Position numbers and translations under genes: made by a program. Under the pieces are notes generated by a model. The model saw only the letters and a list, made by a program, of their open reading frames with translations. It was not told where the DNA came from and did no database searches. Shown piece after piece: positions 12,594 to 25,029 of a DNA stretch of 64,000 bases. Origin of the DNA: Octopus sinensis (Eukaryota); assembly GCF_006345805.1 (NCBI RefSeq), contig NC_043005.1:30566001-30630000 (forward strand). The letters are read 5' to 3'. How positions within the stretch are numbered: the stretch's first letter is position 1; every line of letters begins with the position of its first letter.

Positions 12594-14122
12594 CTGGTAA
12601 AATATAAGGTAGAGGTATTATAATGTGGAAAAGTAAATAGAGAGACAGACAGACAGACAGAAAGACAGGCAGGCAGATAAGAGACAACAATAAGCAGATA
12701 AAATGTGAAGGACATGTGAAAAAACATCAATGAAAACAGAACATTGACATGTATTTCATTATCATGCAATGCTGAGTTCAAATCCCTTCATGTGCAATAT
12801 GTTGTTGTTTTTTTTTGTTTTTGTAATTTTTTTTATGATTTACTCAGAGGAGCAAGTACAACACTTATAACCATTTCTTAGGGCTTCCAACACTGATGGA
12901 AGGAAGAGAGCCCCCACAAGACTTTGGATTGACCAAGACTGTGGTAGAAAGCATTTGCCCATGGTACTGGAGAGATCAAACATAAAACGATGTAGATGTT
13001 GAGCCTGACAAGATCACGAGATGCTATACATATCATTTAACCCTTTTGGTGTTGCTAAACTTATTTTGACATACACTGCCATTGTTTCAATTAATTTCAA
13101 AGATAATTAACAATTTAGTAAAATAACCACATCATTATTAAGATGGTATTTGGAACATAAATTTTCTCCACTCTGATGATATAATCAGCTCTCCTTGGAC
13201 AAACTTCCAACCGTCCTATGTTTAATCATAAATCTTAGGATAGCCACATCTAGAATAATGAGTGAACAATGAAATTCATCCTGGAGAGAGCTACTCACCA
13301 TCACCTCTAACAATACACAGATAATACCACCCTTTATTCCTCCCAAATCTTCCACAAGCAGCCTTGACACACCAAAGTTGCATTGATTCCATGAACAGAG
13401 ACCTCAAAGACATTTTCCATTGGGATCATGCCAATCTTGTCTTCTTCAACAGCACAATCAAACTACAAACATCAAGATAACAAAATCACACTTCTTCATC
13501 TAAATATGAATGAGCCACAACTGGAACCTTCAAGGCTGCTATAGATAGTACACCTCACCATCATTGGATTACTCTTATGGTTCTATGTACACCTTCAACA
13601 TAGCAAAGACTGCATCTCAGACTGACCTCCCTCTTCAGGACTGGAAAATTCTTCCTCAACTGCTAAGACTGAACAAGATTCAAGTGAAATACGCAAAAGA
13701 GAACTGCTGCTATGTCTAGAATGATATACACATGCACACACACACATCCACACATACACCTGTTCACACACACAAACATCCTAGACCACATCCATAGTAA
13801 GACCACTGAATTGATTGAAATTACCACTCCCCCTCCGCCCAAAGATATGCTCCCATCCCTGATCTACAGACATGTCTTCTTTCTTTAACCTTTCTACCTT
13901 TACTATAATGGTCTCCTCTCTTAGAACCTGGCTAGTTTCATGCACCAACCCCTCTCAGATATTCTCAACAAACACATCTTTCATCTTTTCGTCACCCATA
14001 TCATAACCACCACAACCATTCCAGACACTCATATAGCCCCCAAGTCTAGTTTTTCTTCCCTAACATGTTGGCCTTCAAGAATTCTCACCCTACACATTCT
14101 ACCCTCTTTACTTTGAAGCAGT

Positions 14123-14347
14123 TTAACCCTTTTGTTACCGCATTTCTGCTGAGATGCTCTGTTTCTTTCAATTACTTTAAATATAACAAAGAATTTAATA
14201 AAATAACAGTTATCATTAATCTAGTGTTAGGAACATAAATTGTGACTAAGGTTTGGTGGAAGATTTTAATTCAAAACTTATGAAAACAAGACATTTATAC
14301 TACGGAACCAGAGGTGGTTTCAGCCGGGTTGGTAACAAAAGGGTTAA
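14123..14347 (+). mobile_element. TTAA-specific (piggyBac-like) MITE
   Basis: TTAA-CCCTTTTGTTACC … GGTAACAAAAGGG-TTAA. Further copies at 16598-16827, 16878-17104, 18784-19011, 27605-27827 and 27878-28103, with a partial one at about 13037-13160. Confidence 0.88.
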
Positions 14348-15329
14348 GGCGGTAAGCTGAGATTTGAGGGTGATTTGACAGCTATTTCTAGGTGGTTGTT
14401 GTAGAACTAGCTAGTTCAAGTCAAGCTATAAGGATATCCTTAATAAGTACTTAAGTAGAATGTTAATGACATCAGAGTCATTAAGGTTTAAGGGTTGGGC
14501 TGGAAATGTTAAGGTCATGAACCCTGCTTTTAGATATAGCAAAGAAAAAACATAACTAAATAATAAAAAAAAAATATAAACATAGCAGAAGTAAATTATT
14601 GTTTGATCCTTTCGGCTACTTCCTATATCTATAGCATGAGTTTGAACTGGGACAATAATGATGGCAATGATAATGATGACAACAATAACAGCAACAATAA
14701 AAACAACATCAGACGCAACAACAACAACAACAGCAAAACAATATGCATTTACTGAACCCTAAAGATTGAGAAAAACAAGTTAAAAATTGATAAAGAGAAA
14801 ATGTATTTCCACTGAGAACAATCTCATAATGATAAACTGATGGATTAGTTTATAAATAGCATTGAGATAATTACTCTGTTTAGGAAGTGAACCTACATTG
14901 ACAGAAATTCCATACAACATCTACCAACATATATGAATAGTTCCAATGGGTTAAAGATCAGGCATGAAATATGTTAACCATTTTACTATTCTGGAAGTAT
15001 TAGAGAAATAGTATCTGAGTAGTTATTTTCATTTTCTATAGAATCAAGTGGAACATGAGAGTGTGGGTCACATTAGTAAATATTAGGAAATTTTTATTAA
15101 AGCTAATATATACAAAGTTTCCTATTGACTAAATATGTCAGTGATATATTTATAATTTAAAAAATATGTTTAGGCTATTACTCTCTGATCCCAGACTGGT
15201 GAAGTTGATGCAGATTGATGTTGACTCTAAGTATTGTAGGCACAGTCATGGCTGTGGAGTGAAGATGTTTGCTTCCCAACCAAATGATTTCAGGTTCACT
15301 TTTACTTCCCTTGGGTAAATGTATGCATA

Positions 15330-16206
15330 TAGAAGGTGGTATCAAAAAGTTCCCGGACTAGTTCTAAAGCATGCCAACAGATGGCAGCACACGGTTGTGT
15401 CTGCAGTGAGAGCTAAGAGTGACCTTCATGAGGCAGTGTGTTGAGTGACATTGCTGTCTTTACTTCACAAGTTGTGAAATTTGTGTTTTTGTGATCGCGT
15501 GTCTACTGTAGTCTGTGATTTTGTCATAGACAGGAACAAAGAACCAACACAAAATTTTGTGTTGAACTCAGGAATCCTACTCCAGAGACATTGAGCATGC
15601 TTCACAAAGCTTACAGTGATGAGGCAATGGGTTGTACACAATGTTTCAAGAGGCACACGACAAAGCCACAGCTCAATCAAGAGCATGTTCATCGTTTTCT
15701 TCAACATTCATGGCATTGCGCATTGAGAATTCATCCTCCAGGGCCAGACAATTAATCGAGAATTTTACTGCAATGTTCTAAAGTATTTGAATGAGGACAT
15801 TTGGTGAAAATATCTGGATTTGTGGAGCATCAAGATGACAATTCTCCCTGTCACTAAGCTCTCCTCTCTCAAGAGTTCCTTGCCAAAAACAACATGGTGT
15901 CACTTCCACACTTGCATTATTCACCAGATTTCGCTCCTGCAGACTTCTATCTCTTCTCCAAGATGACAATGCAGCTCAAAAGGTCTTAACACTGTTGTGG
16001 AGATCCAGGGCAAATTGCAGAAGGTCCTTGACTGGATTACAGAAAATGACTCCCAGGCCAGATTCCAGAAGTGGCAGGAACACTGCGACTGGTGCATTGC
16101 TGTGCAAGGTAACAATTTCGAAGAAGATTATGCTAAAACTTAGGTAAATAAGTTGTTTTATTTGTTAAACATAACTAGTCTGGGGACTTTTTGATGCCAC
16201 CTTGCA
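15330..16206 (+). mobile_element. Mariner element, internally deleted and decayed
   Basis: TIRs AAGGTGGTATCAAAAAGTTCCCGGACTAGTT / AACTAGTCTGGGGACTTTTTGATGCCACCTT. Remnants KSMFIVFFNIHGI…GQTINREFY and YSPDFAPADFYLF. Confidence 0.88.
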
Positions 16207-16332
16207 TGTAGGTGAGTGGCAAGCTTTATGGAAGTCATCCAGGTAAACCCAACTAATAAGGGCAGAATAGAAAACTAATACAAAACAGTAAAAAAAAGAA
16301 ATGAAGAAGGAAAGACAATTCCAAAAACTTAC

Positions 16333-16441
16333 GGTTTTTCACAACGGATAGGAAGAAGTATTTTAAGAAAATTGTTCTTTTTTTCATGCTTTGAAGAATC
16401 AGGAGTTTTCTCAGAATCCATACTGAATGAAGAAACTCCAG
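16333..16441 (-). CDS. ABCC5: ABCC5/MRP5-like transporter, probable first coding exon (ATG at 16421)
   Basis: Acceptor ttcgttcag|CTGG and donor AAAACC|gtaagt. AGTATGG is a strong Kozak context. Encodes MDSEKTPDSSKHEKKNNFLKILLPIRCEK(P), resembling ABCC5 'LSALKPIR'. Its phase-2 end joins the next exon in frame. The acceptor implies an unlocated upstream exon. ABCC5 versus ABCC11/12-type orthology is not resolved. Confidence 0.78.
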
Positions 16442-16597
16442 CTGAACGAAAGACAAAAAAAGAAAAGAAAAGAAAAAGTGAAAGATTGTAAGGTGTGCTT
16501 GTATGGATGGTAGTGTTGCTGTTCACACAAAATATTCAGACTTAGAGAATGGAAGATCCAATAAATTGACAAGTTGTAGCTCAGTTGCAAACATAGT

Positions 16598-17462
16598 TTA
16601 ACTCTTTCATAACCAACATGGTTGAAACCGGCTCTGGTTCTGTATTACAAATGTCTTGTTTTCAAAAGTTTTGAATTAAAATCTTCCACCAGACATTAGT
16701 CACAATTTATGTTCCTAACACTAGCTGAATAATATCTAAGTTATTTTACTAAATTCTTTGTTATATTTAAAATTAATTGAAACAAACACAGAGCATCTCA
16801 ACAGAAATATGGTAACAAAAGGGTTAACACACATAATAGAGAAATAATTCTTAAAATATATAATAGAGAAACAATTCTTAACTCTTTTGATACCAACCTG
16901 GCTGAAACTGGCTCTGGTTCTGAGTACAAATGTCTTGTTTTCAAAAGTTCTGTATTAAAATCTTTCACCAAACCTTAGTTACAATTTATGTTCCTAACAC
17001 TAACTTAATGATAACTAAGTTATTTTACTAACTTTTTTATTATATTTAAAATTAATTGAAAGAAACAGAGCATCTCAAAATGAATACAGTAATGAAAGGG
17101 TTAAAGCATTCCTGCTGTTATTTCAAAGAAACCTGTCTCTCCTTCAGGTGTTATAATTCTTGCTTTTGTATCTTCAGAAAGCTTTGTTATTGCATTGAGA
17201 AGATTTGGATGTCTATGATATGCTCTAAGAATTTTGAGCATCTTGCCTCTGTGATTAGAATCAAAAGCCTTCTTGAAATCAACATACAGGATGATGGTTC
17301 TGCTATTGTGTGCTTTGACCTCTTCAATTAACCTTCTCAGAGTCAGAATATGTGTTGCTGTGGATCTACCAGGTTGGAACCCATTCTGATTTTGTCGTAG
17401 ATGTTTATCAATTGCTTGGCTGTAGTCTGTTAAGCATCATTCTGTTGATGAGTCTGGCTACT
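16598..17462 (+). repeat. ~865-bp direct duplication of 27605-28463
   Basis: Two MITEs, their spacer and a LINE RT fragment are colinear and highly similar in both places. Confidence 0.92.
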
Positions 17463-17563
17463 GTGTGGTGCATTTTCATGGTTTGTGTGTTTTGTCCTAA
17501 ACACAACACAAATTCCTTACTTATCAATCAAGAAATCACTGACTTCTAAAATTAATATATATA

Positions 17564-17970
17564 GGTACAGGAGTGGCTCTGTGATAAGAAGCTTGCTTCC
17601 CAACCACAAGGTTCCAGGTTCAGTCTAACTGCACGGCACCTTTGGCAAGTGTCTTCTACTATAGGCTCCAGTCGAACAAGGCCTTGTAAGTGGATTTGGT
17701 AGATAGAAACTGGAAGAACCCCATCATATACACACACACACACACACACACATATATATGTATGTATATGTTTGTGTGTCTGTGTTTGTCCCCCTACCAT
17801 CACTTGACATCTGATGTTAGTATGTTTGCATACCCATAACATAGCAGTTCAGCAAAAGAGACTGATAAAAAAGTACTAGGCTTACAAAGAATAAGTTCTG
17901 GAATCAATTTGTTTGACTAAAGAAGGTGCTCCAATATGGCCACAGTCAAATGACTGAAACAAGTAAAAGA
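17564..17970 (+). mobile_element. SINE family A, full length
   Basis: tRNA-like head, central microsatellite, 3' end CAGTCAAATGACTGAAACAAGTAAAAG. Confidence 0.88.
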
Positions 17971-18683
17971 ATGCGTCTTCTCACTCACACACAAGGAAAT
18001 CACAATATTGTGTCAAGAATAAAGTCAATAAGAATTAATTGCTCAGCCCACCTAGCTGTTAGTAGGTACCACCATGTGGTGTACTTCCCTATACTATGTC
18101 AATGATCAAGAGACTCAGCTTTCTATAACCCAATCTATTTAGCTGTAAATAGGTACCAAAAACTAGTGGCATAATTGACTGACATAAACAGCAGCTGATT
18201 TACAAAACTGATCAATGATTGATTTGCTTAGAGCGGTAAGATTCCATGCAACCTACAGTTATTAAAGAGATATGGCTTTCAATTGTTTAATAGAAACCGG
18301 AAGAGGAACATTCACAGAGTAGCTGGCAAAGAGGCAAAATGAGTCATTTTTAGGGAATAATGGAAGCGTAATTATAAAGAAAAATTTCCTCACACAGCTT
18401 AAATTTTTCATACACACATATAATACACACACACAAACGCACACACACACACATAATACACACATACACAAATATATTCTTTTCTACTCTAGGCACAAGG
18501 TCCAAAATTTTGGGGGAGGGAGCTGGCCCCCCAGTACACAACTGGTACTTAATTTATTAACCCCGAAAGGATGAAAGGCAAAGTTAACCTCAGTGGAATT
18601 TGAACTCAGGACATAAAGACAGATGAAATACGCTAAGCATTTCGCCCAGTGTGGTAATCTTTCTGTCAGCTCATTGCCTTACA

Positions 18684-20166
18684 TCTTCTATATCTGTAAA
18701 ATTCAAAACGTGTGTGTGTGTGTATGTGTATGCTTTTTATGCATTTCCACATTTTTCATCCAATTTTGATGACATTTGTTTTATTAACCCTTTGGTTACT
18801 GTATTTATTTTGAGATGCTCTGTGTTTCTTTTAATTATTTTAAATATAACAAAGAATTTAGTAAAGTAACTTAGTTATTATCAAGCTAGTGTTAGGAACG
18901 TAAATTGTGACTAAGGCTTGGTGGAATATTTTAATTCAAAACTTATGAAAACAAGACATTTTACCACAGAGCCAGAGCCAGTTTTGGCCGGGTTAGTAAC
19001 AAAAGGGTTAAATGGCAAATTTACCCAGGCAGGTCACTGCTGCATAACCGATGCCTAGAGGTACCCCCTTCTAGGAGAAAAATCGATAAAACTGAAGGGA
19101 CACACCTCCACTTTTTGCAAAAAGAGGCAAAAGTTGCACATTAGAAATGTTTTTACAAGAACATCCGATTTTTATAATTTTGGTGTCAAAAGGACCGTCA
19201 TGTTGTGACATTTCAGACAAATATTTTGGCACTGCCTTGGGACCTCTGATTCCCAAGAAAATTGCAAAAACCTTTGAAAAATCAATTTTTCGCAATTTTG
19301 CAAAGTTACACGGAAAGTCCGATTTCCTTGGTTTTACAGCTAAAAAACCACCTTGTAATGGTGGTCCTATCAAGTATCCATTCTATGTCCAAAGGCAGCC
19401 CTGTGTGACAAAAACCATGGAAAACTGTGAAAAAATCGATTTTATAAATTTTTTTCCTCTTTAAATCTTCAAAAACTTCTCACTGCTTTGGTGGATTGCA
19501 CTCAAACTTTACACACTATTTACTCATCCAAAGGATAATGTTAAGAAACTACAATTTGCACAGAATTCATCCACATATGATCAACAATTGAGAAAAACTG
19601 AGTAGAAAACTGGTTTTTTGCCGTTAAATCCCTCATTTTTGACTAAATTCGTCCAAATCTCATATGAACAGTACAGATGACTTAACAATGGTTTAAAACT
19701 ATTTTTGGTTAATATTCTTTATCTAACTTGCGACAGATCTACGAAATACTGTGAAACATCACCTTTGCACATTTTTGCAGAGTTACACCTAAGAAAGCTG
19801 TTTCAAGAAACACCTGATCTTTTTTTTTTTTTTTGCTTTTTGTTGCAAAAGAACTGCTATGTTACATCGTTTCTGGAAAGTATTTCTTCTTTGTCCCTGT
19901 GCATCCGGGTTCTACAGAAAACTGGAAAACATAGACAGTCCTCCCCCTCCAACAGCTTCACCTTTTTGCAGAGGGCTAGGTCTAGGTCAACCTTCCACTC
20001 ACACTCCTTTGCAACTAATAAATGCCACTTGGGAAAAATCACTTCTTCCTCAGTGTCAATGTTTGCAACTTAATGCAAAAAATATTCAAAGAGATGTACA
20101 ATGAAAAATATGGTAGAACCTATCAAGAGTATTTAAGAGCCAAATAATGCTGGGTACTTCTGCTAG
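18684..20166 (+). mobile_element. Non-autonomous Helitron-like element with a nested TTAA MITE
   Basis: A^TCTTCTATATC…(TG)n start; decayed subterminal hairpin then CTGCTAG^T end, similar to the 55011 family. Confidence 0.55.
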
Positions 20167-20225
20167 TACACAAATATATTACATATACACCTGTGTATAT
20201 AGCAATCTAATTATCTATCTACCAT

Positions 20226-20390
20226 TTCGCCATGATAGATCGCTAGCCACTAAACCTTTTTCTATTTTCCCTCCCTGTTTATTTCTGTCAAAGAGCATAG
20301 GCTCGAAACATAAAAGACTTTCTCACTTTCCAAGTTTACACACCCATCTTTGTCTTTTGTGTTTTTGTAAATTCTCACAACCAATTTGTT
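20226..20390 (+). repeat. Dispersed repeat with a hammerhead-like motif, second copy 59709-59897
   Basis: Shared CGCCATGATAGATCG…AGGCTCGAAAC…AAAAGAC. Confidence 0.7.
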
Positions 20391-20451
20391 TATCTACCTA
20401 TCTGTCTGTCTGTCTGTCTATTTATTACTATCTCTCTCTATATATATCTAT

Positions 20452-20497
<46 letters not shown>

Positions 20498-20953
20498 CTT
20501 CCATTAAAGCAGGCCATGAATAAGGCATTCAGTCATCTGTTATCTGTCATTTTGTTATTTTATCTGTCAAAATGTTGGGTTATTTTGTAAACCACATATG
20601 AATTGTACAGACTTAACAGACTCTCATGTGTGTGTGTGTGTAGTTGTTTGTTTTCTTTGGAAATTGTATAAGCTTGTTTTTTACTATACAGCATTTAAAC
20701 TAGATACTTATAAAGTGACAAGGGTCTTTTGTTTAAAGTCAAGACAGTTCCTGAGCTTTCTGGAAATGTGAATGAGGTAGTGTGTGTATGTAAGTAAGGC
20801 TGTGTGAGTATGCATCTGTATGTATCTGTATGTATCTGTATGTGTTATACACATATTTGGTTGCAAAGTGAACTTCTTAACCATACAACCACGCCAGCAC
20901 ATAAATTATCATTATTTGCATCATATATATTGATGTAGAGTATGTATGTAGGC

Positions 20954-20954
<1 letters not shown>

Positions 20955-20985
<31 letters not shown>

Positions 20986-21033
20986 AGAGAGAGAGAGAAT
21001 AGATAGATAGATAGATAAAGAGAGAGAGAGAGA

Positions 21034-21077
<44 letters not shown>

Positions 21078-21125
21078 AGAGAGAGAGAGAATAGATAGAT
21101 AGATAGATAAAGAGAGAGAGAGAGA

Positions 21126-21166
<41 letters not shown>
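20955..21166. repeat. Higher-order (GATA)n-(GA)n satellite
   Basis: Four alternations of GATA runs and GA runs. Confidence 0.9.
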
Positions 21167-21167
<1 letters not shown>

Positions 21168-21315
21168 TGATTAGAGTATCCTCATAATGAAATGTCTGTT
21201 GTCATTCTTAAACTCGGTTAAAATAATTAGCTTAATTGAAAATATATTCGTGTGAATGTGTGTGAATGTGTGTGCGTGTGTGTGTGTGTATGTGTATGTG
21301 TGTGTGTACATAAGT

Positions 21316-22011
21316 GCTTCTCCCTCAGAATGATAAGCAGACTGTATGATGCCTGTATGGGAACAGCCATGCTCCATGGCAGTGAAACATGAGCTGTGAC
21401 CACAGAGGACATGTGTTGGCTTGAAAGAAATGAAGCCAGTATGCATGTATGACAGAGTGTAAGCATCTTGAGAGAAAAGTTGGACATAAGAGGCATCTGA
21501 TGTGGTATGCAAGAGAGATGAATGTGCTGGTACGGTCATGTGATGTGTATGGACGAGGACAGCTGTGTAAAGAAATACCAATCTCTAACGGTGAAGGAAA
21601 CCTGTGGAAGAGGTAGGCCCAGGAAGACATGGGATGAGGTGGTGAAGCATGATCTTCAAATGTTGGGCCTCACAAAGGTGATAACTAGTGACCAAGACCT
21701 TTGGTGATATGCTGTGCTTGAGAAGACTCATTAAGCCAAGTAGAACCATATGGCACCTGTGAAATCGTAATTGTTGCAGATACTGGTGTCACACAACTGG
21801 CACCTGTGCCGGTGGCCCATAAAAAGCACCCATTACACTCTTGGAGTGGTTGGTGTTCGGGAGGACATCCAGCCGTAGAAATCATGCCAAATCAGACTGG
21901 AGTCTGGTGCAGCCTCCCAGGTTACCAACTCTGGTCAAACTGTCCAACCCATGGCAGCATGGACAACAGATGTTAAATCGTGATGATGGTGATGATGATG
22001 ATAATGATGAT
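21316..22011 (+). mobile_element. RTE LINE 3' fragment
   Basis: WYGHVMCMDEDSCVKK…GRGRPRKTWDEVV and a (GAT)n tail. Confidence 0.85.
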
Positions 22012-22499
22012 AAACAGATTTATTAGTGAGGGATTATCAATCCAGGCAAAATCCTTTATAAGCTCTCTGTTAGTACACCAGACTAACAATATCATTTAGA
22101 TTAGTATAAAACTCCTTGAATTCTAATGGCAGGGTCCAAGGTTATGGTTCATCACCATTCTATATTGTAAATCCATGGTTGTGTTCCAGTTATCCTGGTT
22201 TTTACACATACTGATATACAAGACAAGGCATAAATAAGGATCATGACATATTTTTCTTTATTGCAGTAAATTTGACTTACAACTGTTTCCAGTAGTCATT
22301 TTAGGTTTGTTATTGATAAGTCTACTCAGTTATCATCTCTATGTATATTAAACCACAGTTTTACCTTTAAATTACCTACTACCATATACCTTATAACAGG
22401 ATCATACAGAGTGAGGTAATATACCAGGAGTGCCTATGGATACATCTATCCCTTAGAAGGTTACATTACCTCTAACTTATATCTTACAATATATATATA

Positions 22500-22860
22500 T
22501 CAGGTAGCCAAAAGGGCAGCTAGGTGTCAGGTTTACATAGCAAAAAGAATAGCTGAAGCTAAGAGATTTTCAAATGTTCTACAACATGAGGATCAGAGGC
22601 GTGAGGTGTTCAGGATTGCAAAGCAGTGTATCTGAGAAAATAGAGATGTGGTGGGTGAGAAATATCTGTGAATGGATAATGGTATGCTTGCACTTAGTGA
22701 CTCAGAGAAGAAAGATGCATGGAAGTGTCACTATGAAAGGTTACTAAATGTGGAAAAGGAATATGAGGAGGAGAGTCTACCAAATATTGAACCAATTGAG
22801 AGACCAGCCATCAGGGTTGATAGCAGCATCATAGATAAGGCAATTAAGGACATGAAAACT
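22500..22860 (+). mobile_element. RTE LINE internal ORF fragment
   Basis: VFRIAKQ…WKCHYERLLNVE…IDKAIKDMK, the EN-RT linker, with stop codons. Confidence 0.75.
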
Positions 22861-23102
22861 CAACCATCCCATTTATATTCTGATCCCCATCCCTTGCATA
22901 TATGTCCAGCATTTTGCCACCATCTCTATCCTGCTGTCTCCCACTCTCTCTCTCTCCTTCTCCTGCTCTTCCCTCAGGTTGGGTAACCATGTATTTCCTT
23001 TGCAGCAGCACACCTCTTTCTCTTCTCATACCTGATCTCTCTCTTTCATTTGCCAAGCATATATATATATATACACACACATGTGCATATGTATATATGT
23101 AT

Positions 23103-23143
<41 letters not shown>

Positions 23144-23177
23144 TGTGTGTGTATGTATGTATGTATGTATATATATA

Positions 23178-23228
<51 letters not shown>

Positions 23229-23330
23229 GGAGTAAACACATAAATGTGAAACAAGGTGGAAAAAAGAGTACTCAAATACCAGTGGTAGAGTAATATGCTT
23301 TATTTTAAGCAGCAGAAAATTCAACAAAAT

Positions 23331-23368
23331 CTGTTACTCTGAGTTTCTCGTTGCCGTTCATCAGACAG
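23331..23368 (-). ncRNA. Minimal type I hammerhead ribozyme fold in repeat 23225-23374
   Basis: CUGU-CUGAUGA-ACG GCAA CGA-GAAACUC A GAGUA^ACAG. Stem I CUGU/ACAG; stem II closing pair mismatched in this copy. Confidence 0.75.
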
Positions 23369-23373
23369 TTTTG

Positions 23374-23432
<59 letters not shown>

Positions 23433-24226
23433 AGAAGGTTGGAGATGATGTACAGATATTTTATATTAGAAGAAATGAGGTACTCAGAAATTCGGATGGT
23501 TTTATATTTACAGATATTTATTTGTATATTACATGTTTTTATACATCATATAACTTATATCATATATCATATATATATATATATATATAGAAAGAGAGAG
23601 AGAGAGAGAGAGAGAAAGTGCAAGAAAGAAAGAGAAATGGTACTTATTTAATGAGATGAGAAATTATAGAAGAAATATTAGAAAAAAAAACAAACAGAAA
23701 AGAAAAAACAAAATAACAGACGAAATAAAAGGTGATTATGCTTAAATGTCAGCAATTAATCTTCCTGGGTCTCTTTCTCGAAAATATTTCCTGTAATTAC
23801 TCTCCATCAAAAATTTATATAATTTTTTTCCTTATTTTTGTTAATTAATCATAGATATGTTTGCCAACATAAAGAATTGTACTGCGCCATTTCAAGAGGT
23901 TAAAAATTATACTAAAAACAAAATATAAAAGCATAAAGCGGGTAATGTTGTTGGGAGGTGGGGGAGGCGGAGCAGCTTTAGAACATATTAAATAAGGGAG
24001 TAAATTTATAGTCAAGTAGGGGCAAAATGTGTGTCTTCTCATTCATATGAATACATGAGTTCATGTATTAAATAGCTTTCTGAATTCTTTGCACTGATGC
24101 TTTTTATCTCTTTTCATGTTTGGATTCCATCAAACATGTTATCTTGTTCTTCTACATGCAGACGAAGACATGATAAATGCCAGGCATATACCTTTACAGG
24201 TTATATATATATATATATATATATAT

Positions 24227-24614
24227 TGGCTATGTGGTAAGTAGCTTGCTAACCAACCACATGGTTCCGGGTTCAGTCCCACTGCGTGGCATCTTGGGCA
24301 AGTGTCTTCTGCTACAGCCCCGGGCCGACCAATGCCTTGTGAGTGGATTTGGTAGACAGAAACTGAAAGAAGCCTGTCGTATATATGTATATATATGTAT
24401 ATGTGTGTGTGTATGTGTTTGTGTGTCTGTGTTTGTCCCTCCAATATCGCTTGACAACCGATGCTGGTGTGTTTACGTCCCCGTCACTTAGCGGTTCGGC
24501 AAAAGAGACTGATAGAATAAGTACTGGGCTTACAAAGAATAAGTCCCGGGGTCGATTTGCTCGACTAAAGGCGGTGCTCCAGCATGGCCGCAGTCAAATG
24601 ACTGAAACAAGTAA

Positions 24615-24670
<56 letters not shown>

Positions 24671-25020
24671 TACAGGAGTGGCTGTTTGGTAAGAAGCTTG
24701 CTTCCGAACCACATGGTTCCAGGGTCAGTTCCACAGCGTGGAACCATGGGCGGGTGACTTCTACTACAGCCTAAGGTCAACCAAAGCCTTGTGAGTGGAT
24801 TTGGTAGATGGAAACTGAAAGAAGCCCAATGTATATATATGTGTGTGTGTGTGTGTGTTTGTCCCCTCTCCATCGCTTGACATCCAATGTTGGTGTGTCT
24901 ACATTCCTGTAACTTAGCGGTTCGGCAAAAAGAGACCGATAGAATAAGTATGAGGCTTATAAAGTATAAGTCTTGGAGTTGATTTGTTCGACTAAATAAC
25001 TGAAACAAGTAAATGAATAA
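24227..25020 (+). mobile_element. Two tandem SINE family A copies (24227-24632, 24669-25020)
   Basis: A box TGGCTATGTGG/TGGCTGTTTGG, B box GGTTCAGTCCC, A-rich tails, separated by (TA)n. Confidence 0.9.
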
Positions 25021-25029
25021 AAGAATGAT

